In this document: piece after piece, positions 34,684-49,275 of the stretch
How positions within the stretch are numbered: the stretch's first letter is position 1
Layout: each line of letters starts with the position of its first letter
From: Mustelus asterias
Taxonomy: Eukaryota
NCBI RefSeq assembly: GCF_964213995.1
Contig: NW_027590189.1
Span: forward strand, 186,001-250,000
DNA length: 64,000 bases
Direction of reading: 5' to 3'
Program-made: the position numbers and the translations under genes
Notes under the pieces: generated by a model
Seen by the model: only the letters and a program-made list of their open reading frames with translations
The model's database searches: none
What the model was told of the DNA's origin: nothing

Positions 34684-36063
34684 CAACATCTGGGAGGAAA
34701 TCAATGTTTCCCCCTTTCCATTTCCTTTCTCATTCTGGGGGAAACTGGGGACTTGCAGCAACTGATGGGAAAGGAAGTGAATCCAGGGAGACTGCAGACT
34801 CTGAAAACGTTATAGACGAACATCGGAATTAGGAGCAAGACTCGGCCCAGGTATCTTTTTCTTTCTCTCACAAGACATTGACATCCTTTAGCTCCCTCAC
34901 TTTGACATGTTTATATATCTGGCTAATAGGATGGCCTCTTACCCAATGTTCATAATTCAAGGGGGAGTTTTCTCAGGAGAGGGCTAACATTTTAATGAAC
35001 AGTAAATTTGTATGGGAGAGAGATGTGTTTAATGTAGTTACATGGTATATACTATGTTATTTACGATTCCCTATTTCTTGTCTTAAAATATATAGCAGTG
35101 TATCAACATTATCTATTTTCAGTGATGGAAACATTACAACATAGAATAGGCAACTCAGATCCATGCCAACTCTCTGTGAAGCAATTCAGTCAGTCCCATT
35201 CCCTCTCTGTATCCCCATTCCCCTGTGTTTCATGTCACAATGAAATGGATGAGAGTTCCAAAGGAGCTGAGACTGGAGTAGAGTTGATCAATGGCACTGA
35301 GGTGGAAATAGGCGGTCTTGATGATGATGTGGCAATGTGGCTGGAAGCTCAACTTGGGGTGAAATATTTTACCATGGTTGTGAACAGTTTGCTTCAGCCT
35401 CAGACAGTTGCCAGGAAGAGGGAGAGAGTTGCTGGCGAGGGAGTGGAGTTTGTAGTGGGGACTGAAGACAATGGGTACAGTCTTCCCAATGTTTATATGA
35501 AAGAAATTTCTGTTCTTTTAGTACTGGACGTCAGACAAGTCAGGGTGGTGTGTGAGTTGGAGGGGAACTTGAAGGTGATGGTGTTCCCATCTAGTTGCTA
35601 CCCTGGTCCTTCTAGGTGGGTGGAGGTTGAGGGTTTGGGAAACTTTCTGTCAAAGTTCCAATTGAGTTGTCAATGTACAAAATCCCTCTCCTTCACCCTG
35701 ACCTCTCCTACTTCTCTCTGTCTTCTCTCTGTGTCCAGAGTCTTGTGTCCAGACCGTGTGGCAGATTTCCTGCCCTGAAGGATATCAGTGAACCCGCTGG
35801 GTTTTTATGACAATCCAGCAGTTTTCATGATCACTTTTTCCGAGTGCCAGCCCCACAAATGACCAGATTCATTCAGCTCAATTTCACAACCTGACTTTGT
35901 GTTTTTGTGGGTTCTCTCTCACTTCCTTTTTTCTGTTTTACATCAATTTCACAGGGTTTTAGAAGAGGAGGATTTGCAGTTGGGAAACTGAAACCAAATA
36001 TTATATCAAAACCTGATTGAGTTAGCCAATTTATTGTAACCTGAATATCATTGTGTTTTGAAC

Positions 36064-36933
36064 ATGGAAGGAAATAGCACCGTTCACAGTGAAGAGAAAC
36101 TGTACACGTGTTCTGTGTGTGGACAAGACTTCAACCAATCATCCAGCCTTTCGGAACATAATTGCAGTCACAACAGGGAGAAGCTGTGGAAATGTGGGAA
36201 CTGTGGGAAGGGATTCGATTACCCTTCCCAGCTGGAGATTCATCGGCGCAGTCACAGTGGGGAGAGACCATTCACCTGCTCCCAGTGTGGGAGGGGATTC
36301 ACTCAGTCAAACAGTTTACATATACACCAGAGAACTCACACTGACGAGAGACCATTCAACTGCTCCCAGTGTGGGAAAGGATTCAGTGCCTCATCCCATC
36401 TGCTGAAACATCGGTGAATCCACACTGGGGAAAGGCCGTTCACCTGCTCTGTGTGTGGGAAGGGATTCACTCAGTCTTCCAACCTCGCATTACACCAGCA
36501 AATTCACACTGGGGAGAGGCCATTCACTTGCTCCCAGTGTGGGAAGAGATTTGCTCAGTCAGCCACCCTCTTCACACACCAGCGGATTCACACTGATGAG
36601 AGACCTTTTAAATGTCCAGACTGTGGGAAATGCTTTAAAAATTCTGTAAATCTGCACTACCATCAACGTGTTCACACTGATGAGAAACCATTCAGGTGCT
36701 CTCACTGTGGGACTGGGTTCAAGCAATCATCTCAACTCACTGTACACCAGCGCACTCACACTGGGGAGAGACCCTTCACCTGCTCCCAGTGTTGGAATGG
36801 ATTTGCTCACTCATCCACTCTGCTGACACACCAGCGAATTCACACCGGGGAGAAGCCGTTCACTTGTTCCAAGTGTGGAAAGGGATTCAGTCAGTCATCC
36901 AATCTGCTGAGACACCAGCGAGTTCACAAGTAA
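36064..36933 (+). pseudogene. 10-finger C2H2 ZNF (MEGNSTVHS subfamily) with one in-frame TGA at 36415-36417
   Basis: ORFs 36058..36417 and 36451..36933 share a frame; CAT CGG TGA ATC CAC; acceptor tttcacag at ~35954. Confidence 0.85.
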
Positions 36934-37189
36934 CTATTGTGATTGGATTTTGTTGTTTTCATGTTCAGACTGAATCATGTACCTTTGGGTCTGTTTCTGC
37001 TGAATTGAAAAGTGACTCCAGCTCTGTTATAGGTGTTCAGATAATTGGTCTTAGAAGGGGAGGATTTGGGGGTCAGGAAACTTGCACAAAACATCAGATC
37101 AGGATTGGATGGAATTGCACAATGTATTGTAACCTGAACAGCAGAGAATTTTGAACATGGAAGGAAATAGCACCGTTTTAATTATCTAA

Positions 37190-39240
37190 CAGTCGCGAGA
37201 TTTGAGGAAAATTCCAGTAGATTGCAAAGTAGCAAATGTAACTCCTTTATTCAAAAAAGGAAGGAGGCAAAAAGGAAACTAAAGGCCACTTAATCTAAAA
37301 TCTGATGTAGGGAAAATATTAAAGCTTTATTAAAGATATCATGAGAATGAGAAAAATTCAGACAACCAGAGAGAGTCAGCACGGTTTGAGAAAGGGAAAT
37401 CATATTCAACCTATTTATTGAAATTCTTTGAAGGAGTCACATATGCTTTGGATAAAGGGGGTCGGTTCGCTCAGTTGGCCGGGTGGCTGGTTTGTGATGC
37501 ACAGCGACACCAACAGCACAGTTTCAATTCTCGTGCCAACCAAGGTTATTCATGAAGGTGCCGTCTCCTCAATCTTGCCGCTCACCTGAGGTGTGGTGAT
37601 CCAAGATGATGAAAGGTATGGATAAAGCAGACGTGGAACGGATGCTTCCTCTTCTGGGGCATTCTAGGATGAGAGGTCATAGCCTTAGGATAAGGGGCAG
37701 CAAAGTTAAAACAGAGTTGAGGAGAAACTGCTTCTCCCAAAGGGTTGTGAATCTGTGGAATTCGCTGTCCCAAAGGGTGGTGGATGCTGGGACAGTGAGT
37801 AAATTTAAGGAGGAGTTAGACAGATTTTTAATTGGTAATGGGGTTGAAGGGTTATGGGGAGAAGGCAGGAAAATGGGGATGAGGAGCTTATCAGCCATGA
37901 TCGAATGGCGGAACAGACTCGATTGGCCAAATGGTCTAATTCTGCTCCTATATCTAATGAATTTATGATCCTCAGGTTAAGTGACCACCAGTCAGCTCTC
38001 CCTCTCAAGGGGACATCTGGGAGATGGTGACTTTATATATTGGATAATGGGGCAGCAAAGGTGAATGTACTGTACTTTGATTTGCAAAATGCATTTCATA
38101 ATCTGCCACATCAAAGCTTAATGTGGAAAATAGAATCTCACAGTGTGGGGGTAATATGGCATGGAAAGAAGATTGGCGAGCTAACGGGAAACAGAGTTGG
38201 CAACACATGGATCTTTATCTGGTTGGCAGGATGTGACGAGTGGTGTGCCAAAGCGATCAGAACTGGAACCTCTACTTTTAACAATTTATATAAATGACTT
38301 GGATGCAAGCATGGTCGCTAAATTTGCTGAGGACACAAAGGTAGAAAAGTAAGTTGTGAAGAGGATGTAAGGAGGCTACAAAGGGATGTAGATAAGTTCA
38401 GCTAGTGGGCAAAGATTTGGCAAATGGAGCATAACGTGGGCAAATGTGGAATTATCAATTTTGGCAGGAATTCCTGCCAAATTTTTAAAAAACGTTAAAT
38501 AGTGAGAGATTGCAGAGCTCTGAGATTCAGAGGTGTCCTAATACATGAATCACAAAAGGCTGGAATGCAGGTACAGCAAGTAATCAGGAAAGTTAATAGA
38601 ATGTCATTGTTTATTGTGAGGAAATTGGTTACAAAAGGAGTGAGTTTATGTTTCAGTCATACAGGACACTGGTGAGACCACATCTGGAGTGTTGTTAAAG
38701 TATTGAACTCCTTATTTAAGGAAAATGTAAATGCATTGGAAGCAGTTCAGAGAATGTCTACCAGACTAATATCAGAAATTGGCAGGTTGACTTATGAGGA
38801 AAGATTGGAGAGTCTGGGCTTGTGTCCACCGGAGTTTAGAAGAGTAAGAGGTGCCTTGATTGAAGCCTTTTAAGTTTCTGAGGGCTGTTGACTGGGTTGA
38901 TGTGGAAAGGATGTTTTATTTCTTGTGAGAGAATCTTGAACAAGGAGACACTGTTTAAAAATGTGTTTCAGACAGAGGTGGGGAGAAGTGTTTTCTCTCA
39001 GAGGATCATGGATCTTTGGAACTCTCTTCCTCAAAAGGCAGAGGAAGCAGAATCTTGGAATATTTTGAAGAAGAGCAAGATGGTCTCCTGATTAACAAGG
39101 AGATGGAAGATTATTGGTGAGGGTAGTGGGCAGGAATGTGGGGTTGAGGTTACAATCAGATCAGCCACGATCCTATTGAATGGTGGAACAGCTCGAGGGG
39201 CCGAGTGGCCTCCTTCTGTTCCTAATTATTATGTTCGAAT
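37190..39240 (+). mobile_element. Nested CR1 fragments plus a tRNA-type SINE (37458-37602 / 37966-38035) split by a younger CR1 3' end
   Basis: ANVTPLFKKG, GHSLRIRGSKVKTELRRNCFSQRVVNLWNSL; tgatcc flanks the inner CR1. Confidence 0.75.
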
Positions 39241-39564
39241 GGGTCTGTTTCCATTGCTGTTAATAAACAACAGTCCATTTATAGATGTTAATATTGTGGA
39301 TAATAGTCAAATAAATTGACTTTGTGTTAAACACATGGCCTTTTTAATATCTGTAACACAGGTTCGTCCAATGATTGGCCGTGGTAAAATTGACCTTAGT
39401 GTCAGTGGTAATAGCAGGGTCATTAAATGGGGTTACGGGAATAGGGCCTGGGTGGGATTGTGCTTGGTGCAGACTGGATGGGCTGAATGGCCTCCTTCTG
39501 CACTGTAGGGATTCTATGATTCTAGTCTTGTAATAGAATATTGTAACTATGTTAATATATTTCC

Positions 39565-39646
39565 AGTAAGAAGTTTAACAACACCAGGTTAAACTTCTTA
39601 CTGTGTTTACCCCAGTCCAACGCCGGCATCTCCACATCATGACTAC
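39565..39646. mobile_element. Short Penelope-like hairpin insertion
   Basis: agtaagaagtttaac..gttaaacttcttact inverted repeat; 13-bp TSD aatatatttccag. Confidence 0.7.
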
Positions 39647-40511
39647 AATATATTTCCAGGCATTGTTATTCCAATAGAGAAGGAGTCCATGTCAACTCCT
39701 TATAGAGCAATCCAGTCAGACCCATTGCCCCTCCATCTACTCATTCTCCTGCAAGATTATTTCCTTCAAGTGCGCATCCAATTTCATTTTGAAATCTTTA
39801 ATTGCTTTCACTGCCACCAGATCCGTGGGCACCCAGTTCCAGATCATGATCACTCGCTGAACCCACTATATCTCCAACCACGTAATGAGTGCTGCATATT
39901 ACACACATTTGAACAGGAAGTGATGCGCATGGATTCATTACCCAACATGAATTGGCACCTTTAGGAGAATTGGGAGGGTGTATAGTGGGATACAGCAGGG
40001 TAAGAATAGTGGGAAAAAGTAAAGAATTTTCTCTAAAAACTGGAATTGTCTTTTCTGAATTTCTAAGTTGCACTGACAGTGATGAATTTTGGAAATTCGT
40101 TTTACAGGATATCAGAAGAGGATTTCCAGACAGAACATAGAACATAGAACAGTACAGCACAGAACAGGCCCTTTGGCCGAGCTTTATCTGAAGAATCTCA
40201 GAAATCTCAAAACAAATACTCATGGTGATCTGACAGATTAACTCCATTCATCGGGACCTGGAAAACATCAGCCTTTGGAATCTACAAAGAGAAATATTTG
40301 TCTGTTCTTCTGCTTCAAGAGATTTCAACCACAAGTGTGATTGGAAAAGCGTGGACGCACATAGATCGGAGTGAGAGCGTTCCAGTGAACTGACTGTGGA
40401 AAAAAACTCCAACACAGCTTGAAAAGACAGCACCAGTCACATTGGGGTGAGACCGTTCGGGTGTTTTGTTGTGGATGAGGCTTCAGCTGACTGTCAAACT
40501 GGGAGAGACAC

Positions 40512-41429
40512 ATGGACACCAGCACCATGGAGAAGCCGTGGAAATGTGGAGACTGTGGTAAAGGATTCAATTTCTCACACCAACTGGAAACTCATCGATG
40601 TAATCACACTGGGGAGAGGCCGTTCATTTGCTTGGAGTGTGGGAAGGGATTTGCTCATTCATCCTCCCTGCAGACACACAAACGAGTTCACACAGGGGAG
40701 TGGCCATTCACCTGCCCCGAGTGCGGGAAAGGATTCACAAGTTCATCCCACCTGCAGACACACAAGCGAGTTCACAGCGGGGAGAAGCCATTCACCTGCT
40801 CCGATTGTGGGAAGGGATTCAGTGAATCCTCCAACTTGCTGATGCACCAGCGAGTTCACACCGGGGAGAAATGGTTCACGTGTTCAGAGTGTGGGAAGGG
40901 ATTCACTCAGTTATCCCACCTGCAGACACATGAGCGAGTTCACACCGGGGAGAGGCCATTCATCTGCCCTGAGTGTGGGAAAGGATTCAGTAATTCATCC
41001 AACCTGCAGAGGCACCAGCGAGTTCACACCAGGGAGAGACCGTTCAGCTGCTCCGAGTGTGGGAAGGGATTCACTGATTCATCCGATCTGCTGATACATC
41101 AGCGAGTTCACACTGGGGAGAGGCCGTTCATCTGCCCTGAGTGTGGGAAGCGTTTCCCTTATGCATCAAATCTGCAGAGACACCGACGATTGCACACTGG
41201 GGAGAGACCATTCACCTGCTCCTATTGTGGGAAAACATTCACTCAGTCATCCCACCTGCAGATACATCAGCGGGTTCACACCGGAGAGAGACCATTCACC
41301 TGCTCTCAGTGTGGGAAAGGATTCAGTAATTCATCCAACCTGCGGACACACCAGCGAGTTCACACTGGGGAGAGACCAGACTCCTGTTCCACATGTGAGA
41401 AGGATACAATCGATCATCTAATTGGCTGA
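40512..41429 (+). CDS. C2H2 zinc-finger protein, 10 fingers plus a frameshifted 11th
   Basis: [17 protein letters not shown]; TGE(R/K)PF linkers; acceptor ttttacag at ~40107. Confidence 0.85.
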   Translation: MDTSTMEKPWKCGDCGKGFNFSHQLETHRCNHTGERPFICLECGKGFAHSSSLQTHKRVHTGEWPFTCPECGKGFTSSSHLQTHKRVHSGEKPFTCSDCGKGFSESSNLLMHQRVHTGEKWFTCSECGKGFTQLSHLQTHERVHTGERPFICPECGKGFSNSSNLQRHQRVHTRERPFSCSECGKGFTDSSDLLIHQRVHTGERPFICPECGKRFPYASNLQRHRRLHTGERPFTCSYCGKTFTQSSHLQIHQRVHTGERPFTCSQCGKGFSNSSNLRTHQRVHTGERPDSCSTCEKDTIDHLIG

Positions 41430-43931
41430 CACACCGGCGAGTTCAGCAGTGATTACTGGGATTGGATTCTGCTGCTGTTAATGACATCCAAGACTGAACT
41501 CTGTTCATTCTGATAGTTTGGGTTTGTTTCAGTTGATATTTACAATCTCTGTAACTGGACTGGATGTTTAATATTCTGGAACTTGTAATGTAATGTTCTT
41601 TGTTCGATGTTCTAGGTTCCAGTGTCTTAACCAAATGGCAAGAAAGAGTACTTTAAATGGTGAATTCAGAAAGTTTATTAATCATTAAAAATGTAGCAAG
41701 TCAGAAAGATAAAAAACAGATTGTCGATTAACAGTTAATAGAGAAAGTTTAACATTAACAATTGAACAGACTTCTCTCCATCCCTCTCAGACCAGGACAT
41801 GAAGTGACCGCTCCAAAAACATGGATAACTTGTAAAACCAACAGCTCTCAACACCTCTCTGTAAACATATCCCTCCACCTCTCTCTACCAAATTGCCTTC
41901 TCAAGATCACTTTTTTATACTTTAAAAATGTCAAAAGTTCATCTTAGCCAATTCCCATAAATCTTCAATTATAAAGTAAAATAGACATGAATTTTCGGGC
42001 GATTTGAAAACAAATGAACTGTCTGCTGAAAGGGTTAACTTTTCGACAGAGCCTAAAGAGGTGGGGAGTGAGCAGAAAAAACTTGGCACACAATTACATC
42101 ACTTTACACAAGTTTAAAACAAAACAAACGATTTTAAACTTCATCTATTAATTTTTTTGTTATATTCCTCAACCTATTTTATTTGATCAGTTTTTGTTAG
42201 GGATGGGTAACTTCTGTTCTTTATAAACTGATTCACTCATTTTGTTAATTCTACATGGGCACGGAGAATCAGAACCCAGACTTTATCATCCTTATCCTTT
42301 TTCTCCCTTTGCCACCACTCCCTCTGTTTTGCGGGAGGGTCGTGGGGATTCCAATCAGAACTAATCATTTTATCATAAAAGTAAAATACTGCGGATGCTG
42401 GAATCTGAAACAAAAACAGAAAATGCTGGAAAATGTCAGCAGGTCTGACAGTATCTGTGGAGAGAGAATAGAGCCAATGTTTCGAGTCTGGATGACCCTT
42501 TATAAGAGCTCTTACGAAGTGTCATTCAGACTCGAAAGATTGGCTCTATTCTCTAATCATTTTAATCGATAAGTTTCTTGTTCTTAGTTTCCAAATGGCA
42601 GGTAAGAGACCTGTCCGGTCCCCACTTGAGCTCTGATTTTTCGCTGGCCATGCTTGGGTAGGATTATAACCATTAGAATCTACTCTCTGAGGTCCGTTTT
42701 TCAGTCCAGTGCTACTTGTTTGGAGTATACCGTCACTTCACCGACTATCGGGTCACAAGTCTCTCACAGTTCTTATCACAAATGTATGATAAAATAATTT
42801 AAACAATGCCTGAGAACGCTTCTTAACTTCTTAGTCAGCTTCTTATCACCGTTTGTTGATTGGTCAGACCTCCTCTTCACAGATTCGGGAATCTCAGCCG
42901 CTGAATACCAGCCGGTCCTGGAATAAGTTTAATTCTAACTCATTCTGAGTAAATATTCTCACCAGCTCCTCTGTTGGGGCCCTGCTAAGCAGCTTCAATG
43001 GTCCGTGATTGCAGAAACTGAGCAGTCACAGGAATGTGGTCAAGATAGTCCAGTCCCATAATGCCTCACATTCAATCTGCAGTCCTTCAATTATAACAGA
43101 ATATGTGGCTGTATGTAGCTGCCTCGGCCGTGGTCAACCCCAACACTGCCTTCTTGAACTGTTACAATGCCTGAGGTGTACGTACACCCACAGTGCTGTT
43201 AGGGAGCGATTTCCAGCTACACATTCCAGACTTTCACTAGACTGCAGGTGGATATCAGATTGATATATTCCATTCAACCACTCCCAAGGTGAGTTATTCC
43301 AATTCCTTTATTGTCCAGGACAATATATTCACAATCTCTTTAAAACAGAAATTAAACATTCCCATTTGATTTCAGGTATTAACATATTCTGTTAGTTTGT
43401 TCTTTATTGTCGATGTCAGGCTGGGGTTGTTCTCCTTGGAGCAAAGGAGGTTGAGGGGAGATTTGATAGAGGTGGACAAGATTCTGACAGGTTGAGATAA
43501 GGTGGACAAAGAAAAGCTGTTCCCATTAGCTGATTGGACAAGGACGAGGGGGACATAGATTTATGGTTTTGGGTCAGAGATGCAGTGGAGGGGGATGTGA
43601 GCAAGAATATTTTGATGCAGCGAATGGTAATGATCTGGAACTCGCTGCCTTAGATGGGCATTTAGGCGGTGTTTCAAATATAAATGCTGACTAAACATGT
43701 CTTAACTTCCTCACACCCTGTCACTCTGTGATCCGTGTGAAAGTTGAAACCAGGTATTCACAACAAGACTCAAAGAGCATCAGCCCACTGGAGGCAAAGT
43801 CATGAGACCGGCCAGTCCAACAGAAAGAAACCCTCCGACCCTCCCCATTGACCAACTGTGAGAATGAACAAAATGCAGTCCTGGATGTAACTGAGAGCAG
43901 AAACAATGACAGCAGAATCCAACCCCTGTCA

Positions 43932-44773
43932 TCACTCGTGAATTGGTTGGTGTCTCAGCAGGGCGGATGAAGCTCTGAAACTCTTCCCACACTGAGAGCA
44001 GATGAATGGCCTCCCGCAGTGTGAACTCGCTGGTGTCTCCGCAGGGTGGATGACTGAGTGAATCCCTTCCCACACTGAGAGCAGGTGAATGGTTTCTCCC
44101 CAGTGTGAACTCGCTGGTGTGTCTGCAGGTTGGATAAGTCAGTGAATCCCTTCCCACACTGAGAGCAGGTGAATGGCCTCTCCCCAGTGTGAACTCGCTG
44201 GTGTGTCTGCAGGTGGGATAATTGAGTGAATCCCTTTAGACACTGAGAGCAGGTGAACAGCTTCTCCCCAGTGTGAACTCGCTGGTGTCTCCGCAGGGCG
44301 GATGACTGAGTGAATCCCTCCCCACACTGAGAGCAGGTGAATGGTCTCTCCCCAGTGTGAACTCGCTGGTGTCCCCGCAGGCTGGATAAGTCAGTGAATC
44401 CCTTCCCACACACAGAGCAGGTGAATGGTCTCTCCCCAGTGTGAACTCGCTGGTGCGTTTGCAGGTGGGATGTCTGAGTGAATCTCTTCCCACACTGAGA
44501 GCAGGTGAATGGTCTCTCCCCAGTGTGAACTCGCTGATGAGTCTGCAGGCTGGATAACCGAGTGAATCCCTCCCCACACTGAGAGCAGGTGAACGGCCTC
44601 TCCCCAGTGTGAACTCGCTGGTGCATCCGCAGATTCGATAACTGACTGAATCCCTTGCCACACACACAGCAAGTGAATGGTCTCTCCCCAGTGTGACTGC
44701 GTCGATGAGCTTCCAGCTGAGATGGAGAAATGAATCCCTTCCCACAGTCCCCACATTTCCACGGTTTCTCCAT
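43932..44773 (-). CDS. C2H2 ZNF, 9 intact fingers; 10th lost by a 1-bp deletion near 44012 (paralog of 17331-18173)
   Basis: accATGG at 44773; cacactgcgggaggccattc vs consensus cacactggggagaggccattc; span 842 bp vs 843 bp in the paralog. Confidence 0.8.
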
Positions 44774-45466
44774 GGTGCGGGTGTCCTTGTGACTCTCCAG
44801 GTTAAACAATCAGTTAAATCTCACACAGAACACGGGTACAGTCTCTCCCCGCTGTGAATGCTGCGATGTATTTTCAGGCTGTGTAACTGGTTAAAGCTCT
44901 TTCCACAGTCAGTGCACTGGAACACTCTCACTCGGGTGTGTGTGTGTCTCGGTGCTTTTCAAGTCACACAAATGATTAAAGTTTTTGAAGCACAGAACAG
45001 AGAAACATTTCTCCTTCGAGAATCAAAGGTCGAAATATTCAGGTCCCGATGAATTGAGTGAGGATGTCAGATGTTGATGTGATGTTTGGTTTGAAATTTG
45101 TCTGTAAATCCTCCCCTTCCAATATCCTGTAAAAAGAATTTACAAAAGTGATCAGTGTCAGTACAGGATAGAAATTCAGAACAATTCTAGTTTCTCTGGA
45201 ACATTCTTTCCTCTCTCATTCCCCAAAGCTGTGAACTCCATCCCACACACTCTCCCTCCATTCTCACTCTGCTGTATCTAATATTCACCCTCCCAATTCT
45301 CCTGAAGTTGCTGGTTGAGGGTGATTGACAGATCCATAGTACACAGAACATAGAACATTACAGCGCAGTACAGGCCCTTCGGCCCTCGAACAAAGAACAA
45401 TACAGCACAGGAACAGGCCTTTCCCCGTGATGAATTCTCCCATTTCTAACATTTTGTCAATCATTT

Positions 45467-45783
45467 TCATAGAAATCATAGAAACCCTACAGTGCGGAAG
45501 GAGGCCATTCGGCCCATCGAGTCTGCACCGACCACAATCCCACCCAGGCCCTACCCCCACATATTCACCCGCTAATCCCTCTAACCTACGCATCTCAGGA
45601 CTCTAAGGGGCAATTTTCAACCTGGCCAATCAACCTAACCTGCACATCTTTGGACTGTGGGAGGAAACCGGAGCACCCGGAGGAAACCCACGCAGACACG
45701 AGGAGAATATGCAAACTCCACACAGACAGTGACCCAAGCCGGGAATCGAACCCGGGACCCTGGAGCTGTGAAGCAGCAGTGCT
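45467..45783 (-). mobile_element. HE1-type SINE
   Basis: Nearly identical to the 32217 copy. Confidence 0.9.
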
Positions 45784-45939
45784 TCTCTTTATTTTCTCTT
45801 TATATATCTATAGAAATTTTTACAGTCAGTTTTTATGTTCTTGCGAGCTTACTTTCATACTCCATTTTTCCCTGGGAGTGGGTGTTTCAAACCTGTTGCT
45901 CAGTTTTCAATGCTTTCCGGTCACGAGGACCCGGTTGGG

Positions 45940-46345
45940 AGCAGAAAACGCTGAAGCCCCGCCCACTCACTGTTGCGTCACCAAGACACCAGCGCATGCG
46001 CTCTGCTCCCTGCTGAATCAAGATGGCGGCTGTTAACCTGAGCCTCGTCTCGAGAAAAAGACCTGAAGCTGCAAACACGGGACTTGCGGATTACTATTAG
46101 AGGTTTGAGACCTTCACCAGATATTTAGAAACCCTCTCCGTCCATCTGCCGGTTCCAATCCTCCCTCCATGTCTACGCATCCTTACCGGTTGCTGATGAG
46201 ACAGAGGAACGTCTCTCCCCATTGCCATCATCCACGCTGCACATGCGCCAAACACGGCCTGACTGCGCATGTGCACCTCTCTCCCGTGCTGTGGATAGGG
46301 AACATTCCCCACCGCGAGGAATGTTGGGTAAAGCGCACGCCATCG
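45940..46345. promoter_or_regulatory. CpG-rich promoter between divergent ZNF genes
   Basis: ccccgccc, tgcgtca, gcgcatgcgc, caagatggcggc (YY1), actgcgcatgtgc. Confidence 0.65.
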
Positions 46346-46449
46346 AAACTCCTCATTTAGGAACGGTGAGCTTTTTCTGCTGCGATGTGAAAATTAGGGA
46401 TACGGGTGCAGTCAATAACATTAGGAATCAAATTATACTGTAACCTATG

Positions 46450-46773
46450 CGGCACGGTAGCACAGTGGTTAGCACTGCTGCTTCACAGCTCCAAGGACCT
46501 GGGTTCGAATCCCGGATCGGGTCACTGTCTGTGTGGAGTTTGCACATCCTCCTCGTGTCTGCGTGGGTTTCTTCCCACAGTCCAAAGATGTGCAGGTTAG
46601 GATGATTGGCCATTCTAAAAATTGCCCCTTAGTGTCCTGAGATGCGTAGGTTAGAGGGATTAGCGGGTAAAATATGTAGGGATATGGGGGTAGGGCCTGG
46701 GTGGGATTGTGGTCGGAGCAGACTCGATGGGCCAAATGGCCTCTTTCTGCACTGTAGGGTTTCTATGATTTCT
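46450..46773 (+). mobile_element. HE1-type SINE, full length
   Basis: ggcacggtagcacagtggttagc head, gggtttctatgatttcta tail. Confidence 0.9.
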
Positions 46774-47610
46774 AAGTATTCAAGGCATTCATTATCCAAC
46801 AGAAAGTAGGGGAATGGAAATTCTCAACCGAAGTATCTGAAATTGATACATAATGAGGGGGAAGTCGATCCGTATCTTTAATGAACATGAACACGCAAAA
46901 ATGGAACTTGACAACTTTTAAACAGCGCATCCTCTTGACACAGAAGTGTCATAATGGGAAATGTGTGTGATGGATAGAGCTGTTTCTGGGGCACAGGGGA
47001 TTGTAGGATCCACGGCCCCGTTAAACAGCAGCTATTGGTATGTGTTTTATTAGAGGAGCGTCAGTGACTGCAAACATTAATTCTGTTTCTGTCTCCATAG
47101 ATGCTGTCTAACCTGATGAGTATTTCCAACGTTTTCTCTTTTCATTTCAGATTTCCAGCAGCTGCAGTGTTTTGATTTTGTTTAGTTGAAGGCGTTGCTC
47201 ATGGAACCGACTCGAGAAACAAATGGACCATTTAAAGCTGTGTTTCAAGTAAGGAAAAAGTAGTTCTGTCAGGGATTTTCATTAAATTTACATTTAGAAA
47301 AATTTCAAATTTTTCAGTGTGTGGGAAGGGATTCAGTCGTTCATCCACACTGCTGAGGCACCAGCGAGTTCACAACTGGAACATGGACATGACTAGAATT
47401 ACCAGCAATTGGCTAAACCTCCTTTGACAGCACCTTCCAAAACTACAAACCTCTCCTCCAACATGGATAAGGGCAGTTTGTGCATGGAAACCCCACTACC
47501 TGCATTTACTCTTCAGAATCACACACTATTTTGACTTGGTAGTATACTGCTCTGCCTTCACAATCACTCGGCCAAAATCCTAAAACTTATTTCCGAGCAA
47601 TACAGTACAG

Positions 47611-47810
47611 TGGCACAGGGTGGCACAGTGGTCAGCACTGCTGTCTCACAGCACCAGGGACCCAGGTTTGATTCCAGCTTTGGGTGACTGTCTGTGTGGA
47701 GTTTGCACGTTCTCTCTGTGACTGCATGAGTTTCCTTCAGGTGCTCCGGTTTTCTCCCACACCCCAAAGGTGTACAGGTTAGGTGGACTGGCCATGCTAA
47801 ATTACCCCTT
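47611..47810 (+). mobile_element. HE1-type SINE 5' part
   Basis: Diverged head and core. Confidence 0.7.
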
Positions 47811-48334
47811 AAATGCAGGAGGATACAGGTTACCTCAGGATTACAAGTTGTTTTGAGACTTGAGATTGAAAACGACATTTGGAGGTGGGTTTCCTGCATC
47901 CTTTGAGTTGGTGAAGGTTGCGGTTTGGCAGGTTCTGTCAAAGTTCTTGTCCAGTTGTAGACGTATAAAGTCCTTACTGTTCATTCCCTCCCTGTTTCAT
48001 CTCTTATCTTTCTCCTCCCATTGAGGCTGAATTCTTGTGTAGATCTGGAAAGGTGGCAGGTTTCCTGCATTGAAGGACATTAACAAACCATTAGGGTTTT
48101 TAATTACAATCCAGCAGCTTCCAGAGTCACTTCTTCCTTGTGCCGGCTCCACAAATTACCAGATTCATTCAGCTCAATTTCACAACCTGCCTTTGTGTAT
48201 CACTGTTTTTTCTGCTCTTTGAATTAATTTGCAGCCTCGAGAAATCCATGAGCCATGTACGTATTCAGTGTGAGAGATTGCAACCCCTGAAGGAGCTGCT
48301 TCTCCACTTTTAGTTACAATTCTGTTCTGCCCCA

Positions 48335-48650
48335 CGCTCCTGTTTGTTGGCTGCCCAGTGTGGAGGAGACTGGGGAGGTCAGAGGATCTTTTCCTGGACC
48401 TGCTCTTGGGGCTGGTTAAAACAGTAATTTGTAGTTCAGCAGAGGGTAACTTGGCTGTGGGCCCCTCTTCTGTGGTTTCACAGTAACTTCATTACAGTGT
48501 TACTGTCAGCCTTACTTGTGACTAATAAAAATAAACTTTAACTTTCTTGTCCGTGCTCGTGTGGTCCTGGAGAGGGAGCAGACAGTGTCGACTGGAACAC
48601 TCGATATCTTCCACAACTCAGGGGACAGAGTGTCTCACAAGCACTGGAAA
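48335..48650 (+). mobile_element. Old Tx1-like ORF2 C-terminal fragment split by a SINE tail
   Basis: GRSEDLFLDLLLGLVK and VVLEREQTVSTGTLDIFH, homologous to 6200-6400. Confidence 0.5.
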
Positions 48651-49275
48651 CAAAGTTCTGGTTGAGTTCAGATGGAAGTTCGATTGGTTCACAAGATTGG
48701 GGAAACAAGATTTGAAATAATATTCCATGGAAACTAGAATTGTTTGTTGTGAATTTCTATCCTGTGCTGACAGCGATACTGACTCTGTCAATGTCTTTTA
48801 CAAGGTCCACAAGGGCGATGAATTGCAGATGGGAAATGGAAACCAAACATCACATCAAGATCTGACAGAGTCACTCAATTCATCAGAACCTGAATATCAT
48901 CGACCTTTAAATGTGGAAGGAGAAATGTTTGTCTGTTCTGGCGGTGGGGAACAATTTCAAACATCAGTGTGACTGGAAAAGCACCGAGACACAGACCTGA
49001 GTGAGAGTGAACTGACTGGAAAGAGCTTTAACCAGTTACACAGCCTGAAAAAAACATCACACCATTCACAGCAGAGAACAATAAGATCATAAGAATTAGG
49101 ATCAGAATTAGGCCATTGGACTCATCGAGTCTGCTCCTCCATTCAATGAGATCACGGCTGATCTGATATGACAATCCAATTTTCTGCCTTGTCCCATAAC
49201 CCTTAATAGCCTCACTTAGAAGCAATACACATGTTGTGTGTGGACAAGGCTTGAACAGACAAGAACACCGGCACG

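Noticed and set aside
35098-35778. 226-aa ORF
   Set aside because: Runs across a patchwork of antisense LINE relics; no coherent domain.
46450-46530. tRNA genes
   Set aside because: A/B-box heads continue into SINE core and tail; no complete cloverleaf.
48960-48990. Conserved TGA-CTG as selenocysteine or readthrough site in the dead first finger
   Set aside because: Flanking frames contain further stops and frameshifts in every paralog, so shared ancestry of a CGA>TGA change is the simpler explanation.
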